Below, piece by piece: positions 34,730-43,606 of a stretch of 64,000 nt of DNA. This stretch comes from Oscillospiraceae bacterium (GTDB lineage Bacteria; Bacillota; Clostridia; Oscillospirales; Oscillospiraceae). How positions within the stretch are numbered: position 1 is the first letter of the stretch; each line of letters starts with the position of its first letter. Both the position numbers and the translations under genes were made by a program. The stretch is taken from assembly GCA_009787625.1 (NCBI GenBank), contig WQSX01000011.1, positions 5,842-69,841 on the forward strand, read 5' to 3'. The notes beneath the pieces are model-generated. The model saw nothing but the letters and a program-made list of their open reading frames with translations. It was not told the origin of the DNA and did no database searches.

Positions 34730-35268
34730 TAGGATTCTTTTTTTCAAACAGACATAGCAGTGATTTTTGGCTTGCGATGGAAGATGCCCGCCGCCCACTG
34801 TTACCTGCTAAAAGGCAAAACACAATGCAGATTGCCGGGCGTGATGGAACACTGAGTCTTGGTGATGAGACATATGAGACTAGCCCCATCCCGGTTGATA
34901 TCTGCTTTATAAGTGACAATGTGGAAAATCTTCAAAAAGTTGCACGTGAGATAGCACACTGGCTTTCAGGTAAAGGCAGGCTGATTTTTGATGATGAGCC
35001 GGACAAGCACTACCAAGCTGTGGTCTATGGGCAAATAGACACAGAACAGCTAATAAGATTCAAACGTGCAACTGTCACATTTGAATGCCAACCGGCGGCA
35101 CGGTCGAACCGCCTGAATCAAGAACTAAGCAACGGCATAGCGAGCGGGCATACAACACTAATTGAAAATAGCGGCACACACCATACAGGTGGAACAATAA
35201 TGATCACGAACACAGGAAACGTAGCAATCAATAATATTAGAATAACAAGGAGGGCACTACACCGATGA
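34726..35268 (+). CDS. distal tail protein (Dit), N-terminal-domain-like
   Basis: 180 aa. 'FWLAMEDARRPLLPAKRQNTMQIAGRDG' is a Sipho_tail-like start. Follows the TMP. Confidence 0.65.
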   Translation: MIGFFFSNRHSSDFWLAMEDARRPLLPAKRQNTMQIAGRDGTLSLGDETYETSPIPVDICFISDNVENLQKVAREIAHWLSGKGRLIFDDEPDKHYQAVVYGQIDTEQLIRFKRATVTFECQPAARSNRLNQELSNGIASGHTTLIENSGTHHTGGTIMITNTGNVAINNIRITRRALHR

Positions 35269-35660
35269 GCGCAAGTAATGTATTAGAAAGAAAAGTATTA
35301 AACCACTTCTTTGGAATCAAAAATGAACCGCCCCCGACACAAGTTTTTGTTGGGCTATTAACATCAGACCCTACAGATGAAGACATAGGGCTAGAAGTGA
35401 GCGGTGGTAATTACGAAAGGCAACCTATTAGCTTTTCGCCCCCGGAGATAATTTTGGGAAAAACACAAATCACAAATAATGCAGAGGTGCGCTTCCCGGT
35501 AGCGACTGCAAACTGGGGGACAGTTGCATATTTTGGAATATACAATGCACAATCAGGCGGCGAACTCTATGCACATACTCCGGTGGGAATACCTAAACAA
35601 ATAGAAAATGATGATGAAGCAGTGTACAGACCTGGAATGGTTATCATAAAAATGGATTAG
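35265..35660 (+). CDS. hypothetical tail-module protein inserted between Dit-like ORFs
   Basis: 131 aa. ATGA overlap with the previous gene. No family assigned. Confidence 0.5.
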   Translation: MSASNVLERKVLNHFFGIKNEPPPTQVFVGLLTSDPTDEDIGLEVSGGNYERQPISFSPPEIILGKTQITNNAEVRFPVATANWGTVAYFGIYNAQSGGELYAHTPVGIPKQIENDDEAVYRPGMVIIKMD

Positions 35661-35676
35661 AAAAAGGCGGCACATT

Positions 35677-36285
35677 ATGTTCAACAGACAAGCTTTGAAT
35701 CGGGGAAAATTCAATAGAACACCCGCAACCAAAAGCACCGGGAAAGAAGTGTTTTTTTACGGCACTGTAGAAATGAAGCTTGATGCTAAAGAAAAACTGT
35801 CAAGAACGCGGGGCTATAACTCGAATGTTGCTTTAAAGTTAAGTGCTGATGCAAACCTAAGTGCAATCAAAAGCTACAGCGCAAAGGTCAAAATGAATCT
35901 ATCTGCCAACGGCAGATTGACAAGAACCCGCCCATTGGACGGACATATAGATTTAACTTTATCTGTCGGTGGCCATTTAACGAGACTCCGTAATTTAAGT
36001 GGTGCAGTCGTTTTGCAAATGCAGGTGCGAGCTGATGAATTTCACATATACCGTAGTGAGTTCATCGACTTGCAGGGGATTACTATCATGCCCGGTGGAC
36101 TGCTTGTCATAGAGCTCAAAGAAATGATTGTTTCATTGAATGAGAACCACTCAGCAATAAAGCACCTCACCCGTGAGAGTGATTTCTTTTTATTTATGCC
36201 GGGCGTGAATGAGCTGACATATACAAATACGAGCCAACAGGGGCTTGCAGATATGCGCGTACAGTGGCACGATGCTTGGAAGTAG
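35677..36285 (+). CDS. tail protein with four ~19-20-aa tandem repeats and a Dit-C-terminal-like end
   Basis: Repeats 'KLSADANLSAIKSYSAKV / NLSANGRLTRTRPLDGHI / TLSVGGHLTRLRNLSGAV'. The C-terminus 'FFLFMPGVNELTY...VQWHDAW' resembles Sipho_tail C-termini. Confidence 0.5.
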   Translation: MFNRQALNRGKFNRTPATKSTGKEVFFYGTVEMKLDAKEKLSRTRGYNSNVALKLSADANLSAIKSYSAKVKMNLSANGRLTRTRPLDGHIDLTLSVGGHLTRLRNLSGAVVLQMQVRADEFHIYRSEFIDLQGITIMPGGLLVIELKEMIVSLNENHSAIKHLTRESDFFLFMPGVNELTYTNTSQQGLADMRVQWHDAWK

Positions 36286-36297
36286 TGGAGGGGTTAA

Positions 36298-38286
36298 ATG
36301 TCATCAAGAAATAAACCAAGAGTATATGACCAATCTAACAACCTACTTTGCGTACTGGACAAGGCAACAGACATAGGCTACACCCAAGTATATAACAACA
36401 TCTGGACTGCGAGGTTTAAGCTTCCTGAAGCTGATGCTAAAAATAAATTCTGTGAGCCATTTAATTATGTTGAAATCTTTGAAGATGGCAAACGAGTTGA
36501 ACTATTCAGAATAATAAAAGATGCCGTCACAAAAGATGAAAACAATCTGGCTGTCATAGAATATGAATGCGAGCATGTCATAACTACCCTCCTAGATGAC
36601 CCACTTTTCAAATTTCATCAAATAGGTAATATCGGTGTTTTTACACGAGAGGTCATGGAGTACATCTTGAACCACCAAACGGAACGCCGTTGGGTTCTCG
36701 GAGCATGTGAATTTAGTCATCAATTTTTGTATAAATGGGAAAGTGACAATTTGCTTGCGGCTCTATTTTCGGTACCGCGTCCATTCATGGACGATTGGCA
36801 CTTTATATATGACACAACGGTATATCCATGGGTCGTGAATCTTGTCAGAGCGTCACATCAAGTCGATTGCGAAGTTAGATACAAAAAAAATATGAGAGGC
36901 ATCGAGCGGCAACGTGACTCGACAAATCTTGTGACACGCCTAATTCCTTTAGGCTATGGAGAGGGCGACAACCAGCTGACAATAGCAAGCGTGAACAACG
37001 GGCGAAACTTCATTGATGCAGACACAATCGGTATTTGGGGTCAGAAAACAGCAATATGGACTGATAGGCGTTTTGAAAATGCAGAAAACATGCTTGCCAC
37101 AGGGCAGGCGATGCTGGAGCGGCTGAAGAATCCATGGCTCTGCTATACAGTTTCAGCAATTGACCTCTTCAAGTACACCCGACAGGATTTTGACAAACTC
37201 GCAGAGGGCCGAATGGTCCGGGTGGTCGACAATAGTCTTGGTATAAATGTAGACACAAGGATCATTGAAATTGATAAGCCTGATGTCACTAAAGCTAATG
37301 TAACGGTTGTCATCGAAAATCATGATAGAAATGTTGCAGGAAGTCTGTCAGCACTGGCAGAGCGGGCGAGAATAAATGACACACATGCACAAGGTCATGA
37401 GTCGTTGCTCGCAATTCCATTCATAGATAATGCCCAGCCAGAATTTCCTGCGCTATTTGACTTTTTCATACCTGCTAATCTAGTAAATATAAATCAGGCA
37501 ATCATGCGGATTCAGCTCTTGCCTTTTCGGGCGAACTCCCGAGCCGTCAGGGGCGGCGGTGGTATTACACAATCTACCACCAATGGCGGTGGCACGACCC
37601 AGTCAACGACAAATGGCGGTGGAACTACTCAATCGACAACTAACGGTGGCGGCACGACTCAGACCTCAACAGCAGATGGAGCAGCAAGCCCGCAGGCTAC
37701 AAGTGGCCCAAGCTCTGCAACTTCTGCAAGCAGTGCCCACGCTCTGGCAACAATAATGTCTGCACTTGGTGCCGTAAATACATTATATACATCAGGAACG
37801 GGTTCTCACAGACATGGTATTGCATCAACCTCATTAAATCATACACATACCGTAATAACAGAGCCGCATACGCACGGCATCGCACACACGCACACAGTCA
37901 CGGTTTCCATACCTAACCACAGCCACAACCTAACTATTCCAGCACATTCTCATAATGTAACAATTCCGGCTCATAGTCACAGTGTGACTATTCCTGCCCA
38001 TTCGCACAGTGTGACGATTCCAAACCATGTGCATGATATAGAATTTGGTATTGTGCAGGGAGGGAGAGCGTCAAGTATAAGTATTCGAGTTGATGGAACT
38101 TTAATACCTGTACAGTCAAATCTAAATGAGGTAGATATTGCGCCATTTCTTCGCAGGGATGGTAGCGGACGAATTGTCCGTGGTGTTTGGCATAGGCTGG
38201 AAATTGTGCCGAATCAACTTACACGGATATCGGCGCATGTTTTTTTGAGAATATTCACTAATTCAAGAGGGGGGCATAATCTTTGA
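36298..38286 (+). CDS. tail-associated lysin/tip protein (Tal; prophage-tail N-domain) with Gly/Thr and HxH repeat arrays
   Basis: 662 aa. The N-terminus is like 'phage minor structural protein, N-terminal region'. Internal GGGTTQSTTN repeats and nine HxH motifs are present. Confidence 0.75.
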   Translation: MSSRNKPRVYDQSNNLLCVLDKATDIGYTQVYNNIWTARFKLPEADAKNKFCEPFNYVEIFEDGKRVELFRIIKDAVTKDENNLAVIEYECEHVITTLLDDPLFKFHQIGNIGVFTREVMEYILNHQTERRWVLGACEFSHQFLYKWESDNLLAALFSVPRPFMDDWHFIYDTTVYPWVVNLVRASHQVDCEVRYKKNMRGIERQRDSTNLVTRLIPLGYGEGDNQLTIASVNNGRNFIDADTIGIWGQKTAIWTDRRFENAENMLATGQAMLERLKNPWLCYTVSAIDLFKYTRQDFDKLAEGRMVRVVDNSLGINVDTRIIEIDKPDVTKANVTVVIENHDRNVAGSLSALAERARINDTHAQGHESLLAIPFIDNAQPEFPALFDFFIPANLVNINQAIMRIQLLPFRANSRAVRGGGGITQSTTNGGGTTQSTTNGGGTTQSTTNGGGTTQTSTADGAASPQATSGPSSATSASSAHALATIMSALGAVNTLYTSGTGSHRHGIASTSLNHTHTVITEPHTHGIAHTHTVTVSIPNHSHNLTIPAHSHNVTIPAHSHSVTIPAHSHSVTIPNHVHDIEFGIVQGGRASSISIRVDGTLIPVQSNLNEVDIAPFLRRDGSGRIVRGVWHRLEIVPNQLTRISAHVFLRIFTNSRGGHNL

Positions 38287-39422
38287 GTAATTTAAAAACG
38301 ATGTATCCGGGAGCGGTTAACAGTCCTGAAACATTTCTAACCGCTGCCATAACCCCGCAAGACACAGTTATAACTGTAGCAACAAGTGCAGTTTTCGCAG
38401 ATGTACCCTTGCCTTTCTTAATGGTAATCGGTGGCAATGTGCAAAATGCAGAAACTGTACTTGTTGAGAGTGTGGAAGGTAATAATTTATCAGTAGAGCG
38501 GGGCTATCAAGGTGTGCCCCAGAGCTGGGGAGTAGCTACATCGGTGAGTATTAATTTTACCGAGGCTCATTATTCGGCTTTGGTTGATAATATCACGACA
38601 CTTAATAAAGCTACCGTCCAAACCGTACCTCAAACCCTAACCGAACCACAGCAAGCCCAAGCACGGCAAAACATAAACGCAATGCCTGATTACACGAGCT
38701 TGCTATTATCACCAGATATGCATCGCAATATCTATCGAGGCAAATTCCTCGGGACGAGCGTAACAGACGAACAACTACAAGCAATTCGTTCTGGCACGTT
38801 TGACGATTTATTCATTGGAGATTACTGGACTATCGGTGGTTTCGACTGGTTAATAGCCGATATAAACTATTGGCTCCACTCGGGAGATTTGGGTGTTGGT
38901 TTGGTGAATAACCACCTGGTTATAGTGCCGAGACAACCACTATATACTGAGCGGATGAATCCAACAGCCACTACAGCTGGAGGATATGGTAGCTCTAATA
39001 TGCGAGCTACGGGATTAATTCAAGCGGTGAATATTATATCATCAGCATTTCCCAACATAGTATTGACGAGGAGGGAGTGTTTCGTTACCGAGACTACGTC
39101 TGGTTTGGGTTCTGCTATAGCGTGGCTTGATTCTATCGTCGACCTTATGGGGGAAGTCGAGGTTTTTGGTAGTATTCAAAACAGACCTACTGGAAATGGT
39201 TCTGTTCGAAATCTTGAGGGCGTCACAGTGAGTCGGTCTCAATTTAGTCTATTTAGACTCAAACCCGAAGCACAAATAGTAACAGACCCAATAAGAACTA
39301 GTTATTGGTTACGCAATGTTGTTACAACGGCGATGTTCGCACGTGTGCTCCATAATGGTAATGCAGGTGAACATAACGCCCAAAACAACAATGGGGTTCG
39401 CCCAAGCTTCGCTATTGGTTAA
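38283..39422 (+). CDS. tail fibre / receptor-binding candidate (DUF6273-like C-terminus)
   Basis: 379 aa, TTG start. C-terminal 'YWLRNV...NNGVRPSFAI' resembles DUF6273-type ends. Confidence 0.55.
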   Translation: MSNLKTMYPGAVNSPETFLTAAITPQDTVITVATSAVFADVPLPFLMVIGGNVQNAETVLVESVEGNNLSVERGYQGVPQSWGVATSVSINFTEAHYSALVDNITTLNKATVQTVPQTLTEPQQAQARQNINAMPDYTSLLLSPDMHRNIYRGKFLGTSVTDEQLQAIRSGTFDDLFIGDYWTIGGFDWLIADINYWLHSGDLGVGLVNNHLVIVPRQPLYTERMNPTATTAGGYGSSNMRATGLIQAVNIISSAFPNIVLTRRECFVTETTSGLGSAIAWLDSIVDLMGEVEVFGSIQNRPTGNGSVRNLEGVTVSRSQFSLFRLKPEAQIVTDPIRTSYWLRNVVTTAMFARVLHNGNAGEHNAQNNNGVRPSFAIG

Positions 39423-39445
39423 AATCTGAAAGGAGTATAGATGTT

Positions 39446-40030
39446 ATGGAAAAAAAACATTCGATAAAATTGTCAGACGGAACAATCATAGATAACCTAG
39501 CACTTAACGGAACAAATTATGTCTCTGAAAAAGAGATAGAAGCTACTATATTCACACGCAATTGCTCACCAATCACATTTTCCGATGGTGAGTATGAAGA
39601 AACCTATGAGCATGGCGAACTCATTCAAATCGTAGACATGAGGAATGACCGCGTCTATCCCGGTTGGTGGTTGGCGTTCCGTCAAATCTCAGATGCTGAG
39701 CACGAAACACTACAAATAAGAGCTGATGTAGACTACATAGCAATGATGGTAGATGTCGACCTGTCTCACTCACAAGAAAGCACAGAAAGTGCAGAAAATA
39801 CAAGACTAGAAACAGTTAAGAACCACTGGGATAGAGGGCTATGGACCGAGCAACAAGTACAAAATGTTGTCGTCAACAAATGGAGCACAGAGCTAGCGTT
39901 TGAACAAGTAACAGGAAAGAGGTATGACGGAAAAGATACAACACGGAGAATCCCGCGCGAAGCTTTAGGGCAAGAGAATAACAAAATTGACAAACAAGCG
40001 AATAGGGGGGATATATCTTGGAAGATTTAA
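39446..40030 (+). CDS. phage protein with XkdX-like C-terminus
   Basis: 'GLWTEQQVQNVVVNKW.T.ELAFEQVTGKRY' resembles the XkdX family. Confidence 0.5.
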   Translation: MEKKHSIKLSDGTIIDNLALNGTNYVSEKEIEATIFTRNCSPITFSDGEYEETYEHGELIQIVDMRNDRVYPGWWLAFRQISDAEHETLQIRADVDYIAMMVDVDLSHSQESTESAENTRLETVKNHWDRGLWTEQQVQNVVVNKWSTELAFEQVTGKRYDGKDTTRRIPREALGQENNKIDKQANRGDISWKI

Positions 40031-40497
40031 CAGCTATAGCGCGAGATGCGGACATCAGGGCGAAAAGTGCGCATAATCGCATTGATGGGCTGGAAGCAAA
40101 ATTCGAAAAGCTCTTTGACGAGCTAAGAAGTCTCGACAGGCTCGCAGTGAGTATAGAGCATTTAGCAGAGCAAGTTGCCTCATATGTCGAAAAAAGCGTA
40201 TCGCAGGGTGTGCGAATAGGGAACCTCGAACTTGTAGATACGGAAATGAAGCAGCACTTGGCCACGGCAGAAAAGGATATTGAAAAATACTCAGGACGTA
40301 TACGAGACATAGAGCACGATAGCGTCGCAAAAGTAGTGGAGTATAGGCAAGTGCAGGACAAAATAAAAGAGCATAGCACAATATTGCGTGAGATGGAGCT
40401 TGCCGATGGCAAAAAGTGGCGTAACCTTACTTGGCTATTACTTTGCTCACTTTTGACGGGGCTAATAGGTATAGCCCTAAATGTATTTACTGGATAG
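40018..40497 (+). CDS. XhlA-like membrane-anchored lysis accessory protein
   Basis: Coiled-coil N-terminus plus a single C-terminal TM 'LTWLLLCSLLTGLIGIALNVF'. Lies upstream of the holin. Confidence 0.55.
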   Translation: MEDLTAIARDADIRAKSAHNRIDGLEAKFEKLFDELRSLDRLAVSIEHLAEQVASYVEKSVSQGVRIGNLELVDTEMKQHLATAEKDIEKYSGRIRDIEHDSVAKVVEYRQVQDKIKEHSTILREMELADGKKWRNLTWLLLCSLLTGLIGIALNVFTG

Positions 40498-40507
40498 GAG
40501 GCATGAC

Positions 40508-40711
40508 ATGGATAAAAAAAAAATATTGAGGATAGCAAGTGCCGTATCAGGCGCAATATCAGCGATAGGTGTTGCGCTACTCGGAGCGGCTAATGTGTTT
40601 GAGATGCCACAGCTTGCCAACTGGGGCGAATTCATGGGAGTGATAACATTGGTTATTTGTGGCGCTTTTGGCGGGCTGAGCTGTTATAAAATAATAAATA
40701 AGGAGGACTGA
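40508..40711 (+). CDS. holin (two TM helices)
   Basis: 67 aa from ATG 40508 (GGAGG upstream). Two hydrophobic helices and a charged C-terminus. Lies upstream of the endolysin. Confidence 0.7.
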   Translation: MDKKKILRIASAVSGAISAIGVALLGAANVFEMPQLANWGEFMGVITLVICGAFGGLSCYKIINKED

Positions 40712-40716
40712 GCGCG

Positions 40717-40893
40717 ATGGAAAACAAGATAGATATGATGTGTAATGCACTCACCAGTGTCGGATTGTCAGATGTGCAGATTGAAGCAGCAAAAGAACAC
40801 TGCCTATTGTTTGAAGGCGATGAATTCTCAGCAGAATTTTTTGCAGAGTGCACAAACGGGTTGGAGGAAGGTGAGGCAAATGAGCAGAAATAG
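40717..40893 (+). CDS. 58-aa acidic protein between holin and endolysin (below track cutoff)
   Basis: AAGGAGGA upstream. Manual translation begins MENKIDMMCNALTSVGLSDVQIEAAKEH and ends EANEQK. Overlaps the endolysin start by 14 nt. Confidence 0.45.
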   Translation: MENKIDMMCNALTSVGLSDVQIEAAKEHCLLFEGDEFSAEFFAECTNGLEEGEANEQK

Positions 40894-41719
40894 AGATTAT
40901 ACCAACTCCCCGATGGTTACGATGGTGAGATTATCGCCGAATCGGACTCCGAGCCGTGATGATATAATCGGCTTTGCTATCCATGTGACAGGCGGCACAG
41001 GTCGTGTTGCAAACGTGCTGAGTTGGCTCGAGCGCACAACCACGCAGGCGAGCTATAATTATGTGCTTGACGACTGGGATTTGGGATTATGCGTTGAGGA
41101 AGCGTTCAGGGCGTGGTCGACATCGTCCAGAGCGATTGATATGCGGTGCATCACAATCGGCGTTGTCAACTCCGTAGCAAGCGGTCAGTTCCCGATTAGC
41201 GAGAGGTCACAGGCAAGACTGATAGACTTTCTTGTAGATGCTTGCCTTAGAAATAATATCGCACGGTTGAGCCATGAGGGCGATAATGCCAACTTGCTTT
41301 TAAAGTGGGATAGGCAAAACCTGCCGCTTCACCGCTGGACGGCTCGGAAAGCGTGTCCCGGACAATTTTTGGTTGACCGCATGGGCGCTATTGCAGCAGA
41401 GGTAAACAGACGGCTTGCGGAAGCTCTTGGCGGTGAGTCGAACAACGAGATAGGAGACGATGACATGATTACTGTAAGAAATGTTTCTGGCGGCGAGTGG
41501 AAGCGTGGAACAGGAGAAAATGCCCACCTCTGGTGGTATGACCTTGGAAATGGGCTATACCCTATAAATGGTCTTTTCAACATAGGTGGAAAAACATATC
41601 ACTTCGATTCTCGCGGGTACATGTCCACAGGCTCTGTTGTACTGGGTAGAAATCGATTTGTTTTCGAATCAGCACTAGATGCTCGGGAGGGAGCACTTGC
41701 GAGAATCGAGATGATTTAA
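40880..41719 (+). CDS. endolysin: N-acetylmuramoyl-L-alanine amidase with C-terminal cell-wall-binding repeats
   Basis: ATG 40880 follows GGAGGAAGGTGAGG. An amidase_2-like N-domain is followed by 'WWYDLGNGLYPINGLFNIGGKTYHFDSRGYM', a CW_binding_1-type repeat. Confidence 0.8.
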   Translation: MSRNRDYTNSPMVTMVRLSPNRTPSRDDIIGFAIHVTGGTGRVANVLSWLERTTTQASYNYVLDDWDLGLCVEEAFRAWSTSSRAIDMRCITIGVVNSVASGQFPISERSQARLIDFLVDACLRNNIARLSHEGDNANLLLKWDRQNLPLHRWTARKACPGQFLVDRMGAIAAEVNRRLAEALGGESNNEIGDDDMITVRNVSGGEWKRGTGENAHLWWYDLGNGLYPINGLFNIGGKTYHFDSRGYMSTGSVVLGRNRFVFESALDAREGALARIEMI

Positions 41720-41843
41720 AAAATATGATGACATTTTCAAAAAAAGATGTATAATATATCAAGAGCCAACTAATAAAGTTTCACATTTTTGAACCACTAA
41801 GTGTTGAAAACCTCAGAAATTGCAAGCTCAAAACCATAAAAAA

Positions 41844-41867
41844 AGTAAACCAATTAGTAAACCAATT
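41844..41867 (+). repeat. tandem AGTAAACCAATT x2, candidate integrase arm-type sites (right arm)
   Basis: Exact 12-mers at 41844-41855 and 41856-41867. The same motif occurs at 7225-7236. Confidence 0.45.
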
Positions 41868-41980
41868 TGCGTGTATTTGTGTGTGCTTTTGTGTGTTTTA
41901 TGTGTTTTGTACGTAATCGTGGGCAAGTGAAAAAGGGCATAAAGAAACCCCCGCAATGCCTTGAAATGCAAGGGTTTCTA

Positions 41981-42036
41981 TGGTGCTGGTGGCCGGAATC
42001 GAACCGGCACGGGCTAAAAGCCCACGGGATTTTAAG
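41981..42036 (-). repeat. att-right: 3' half of the intact tRNA-Leu
   Basis: Matches 7118-7173 except for the 7-nt variable loop. Confidence 0.9.
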
Positions 42037-42068
42037 TCCCGGGCGTCTACCTGTTCCGCCACACCAGC
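41981..42068 (-). tRNA. tRNA-Leu (anticodon UAA), CCA encoded
   Basis: Reverse complement reads GCTGGTG..CGGGA-CTTAAAA-TCCCG-variable arm-GCCGG-TTCGATT-CCGGC-CACCAGC-A-CCA. All stems pair. Confidence 0.9.
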
Positions 42069-42081
42069 ATACCACCGAAAC

Positions 42082-42111
42082 ATTATACAACTTAGTTTAT
42101 AAGTTTGTCAA
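42082..42111 (-). promoter_or_regulatory. tRNA-Leu promoter
   Basis: Minus strand reads TTGACA (42106-42111), 18 nt, TATAAT (42082-42087), about 14 nt before the tRNA 5' end. Confidence 0.65.
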
Positions 42112-42173
42112 ATAGAAAAAGTGCGAAAATAGATTTTTGCGCTTTTTAGATAAATGAAAGGAAGGGTCAAAAA

Positions 42174-43547
42174 ATGAAAAAGAACAATATTCCCTACAAA
42201 GTATATCTGGATGAGGATGAAATACCTAAGGCGTGGTATAATATTCGTGCAGATATGAAAACAGACCACCGCCCGATGTTAAACCCTCAAACTTTAGAGC
42301 CAATCACGGCTGAAGAACTAAGTCCCATTTTTTGCGATAAGCTGATTGCTCAAGAACTAAATGATAAAGATAGGTTTATTGAGATACCGGAGCCTATACG
42401 GGATTTTTATAAGATGTATAGGCCGTCACCACTGGTTCGCGCTTATTGTCTTGAAAAAATGCTGAACACTCCTGCAAAAATATACTATAAATATGAGGGG
42501 GGCAATACTTCGGGTAGCCATAAACTCAATTCTGCAATAGCACAAGGATATTATGCAAAGGAGCAGGGACTGAAGGGTTTGAGCACTGAAACCGGAGCAG
42601 GGCAGTGGGGTACGGCGATGTCAATGGCATGTGCTTATTTCGGTCTTGAACTGAAGGTGTACATGGTTAAAGTTTCAGCCAGCCAAAAACCCTATCGCAA
42701 AACTGTTATGGAGACGTATGGAGCCAATGTTGTACCATCACCGTCAGATACAACCAATGTCGGGCGGATGCTACTGGAAATGAATCCGGATAGCAATGGA
42801 AGCCTTGGAACGGCAATATCTGAGGCTGTAGAAGTTGCCGCGACCACTGAGGGATACAGATATGTACTGGGTAGCGTGCTAAATCAGGTGCTGTTACATC
42901 AATCTGTTATAGGGCTCGAAGCAAAGACCGCATTTGAAAAAATAGGAGACTACCCTGATATTGTCATCGGCTGTGCAGGCGGGGGTTCTAATCTCGGTGG
43001 TCTTATTGGTCCTTTTATAAAAGATAAATTTGCCGGAAAAGATGCGCCTTACTTTATCGCCGTTGAGCCGGCATCATGTCCATCGCTTACACGCGGCAAA
43101 TTTGCATATGATTTTTGCGATACCGGAAAAGTTGCACCGCTTGCAAAAATGTATACCATCGGTGCAACCTATGTTCCGTCGGGTAGCCACGCAGGAGGGC
43201 TTCGTTATCATGGTATGGCTCCAATTCTTTCACAACTGTACCACGATGGATTTATAGATGAGGCGCGGGCAGTCAAGCAGACAGATGTTTTTGATGCCGC
43301 TACAATGTTTGCCAAGGCAGAAGGAAATCTCCCTGCTCCTGAATCAGCTCATGCAATACGTGTAGCTATCGATGAGGCGATTAAGTGCAGAGAGTCAGGA
43401 GAAGAAAAGACTATTTTATTCGGACTGTCAGGCACGGGTTACTTCGACTTAGGGGCTTACGCGCTATATAATGAAAATGCAATGACTGACAGTGTACCGT
43501 CAGATGAGGATCTTAATGAAAGCTTTTCAGCAATTCCGAAAGTTTAG
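42174..43547 (+). CDS. TrpB2-type (TrpB-like) PLP-dependent enzyme
   Basis: 457 aa. 'GGNTSGSHKLNSAIAQGYYAKEQG' contains the PLP lysine motif, and the long N-terminal extension is typical of TrpB2. Confidence 0.85.
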   Translation: MKKNNIPYKVYLDEDEIPKAWYNIRADMKTDHRPMLNPQTLEPITAEELSPIFCDKLIAQELNDKDRFIEIPEPIRDFYKMYRPSPLVRAYCLEKMLNTPAKIYYKYEGGNTSGSHKLNSAIAQGYYAKEQGLKGLSTETGAGQWGTAMSMACAYFGLELKVYMVKVSASQKPYRKTVMETYGANVVPSPSDTTNVGRMLLEMNPDSNGSLGTAISEAVEVAATTEGYRYVLGSVLNQVLLHQSVIGLEAKTAFEKIGDYPDIVIGCAGGGSNLGGLIGPFIKDKFAGKDAPYFIAVEPASCPSLTRGKFAYDFCDTGKVAPLAKMYTIGATYVPSGSHAGGLRYHGMAPILSQLYHDGFIDEARAVKQTDVFDAATMFAKAEGNLPAPESAHAIRVAIDEAIKCRESGEEKTILFGLSGTGYFDLGAYALYNENAMTDSVPSDEDLNESFSAIPKV

Positions 43548-43578
43548 TTTTCAGTAAAGTTCGTTTTTAGTAAGGTTA

Positions 43579-43602
43579 GTGCTCAGTAGTTTTACTGAGC
43601 AC
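43579..43602. terminator. bidirectional terminator between trpB2 and cheC
   Basis: gtgctcagta-gttt-tactgagcac: perfect 10-bp stem. Confidence 0.65.
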
Positions 43603-43606
43603 CTAA

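Larger units (their letters stand above)
7118..42036. mobile_element. integrated siphovirus-type prophage (~34.9 kb) in tRNA-Leu(UAA)
   Basis: Bounded by a duplicated tRNA 3' half (7118-7173 and 41981-42036). Contains integrase, immunity switch, packaging, HK97-type head, tail and lysis modules in canonical order. Confidence 0.9.

Noticed and set aside
37549-39422. Diversity-generating retroelement targeting the Tal or fibre repeats
   Set aside because: No reverse transcriptase, template repeat or adenine-biased variable/template pair is visible anywhere in the prophage.
39873-40556. 227-aa minus-strand ORF across the XkdX-like, XhlA-like and holin genes
   Set aside because: No SD. Composition (Ser, Cys, Phe-rich) is typical of antisense reading. 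It conflicts with a coherent plus-strand lysis cassette.
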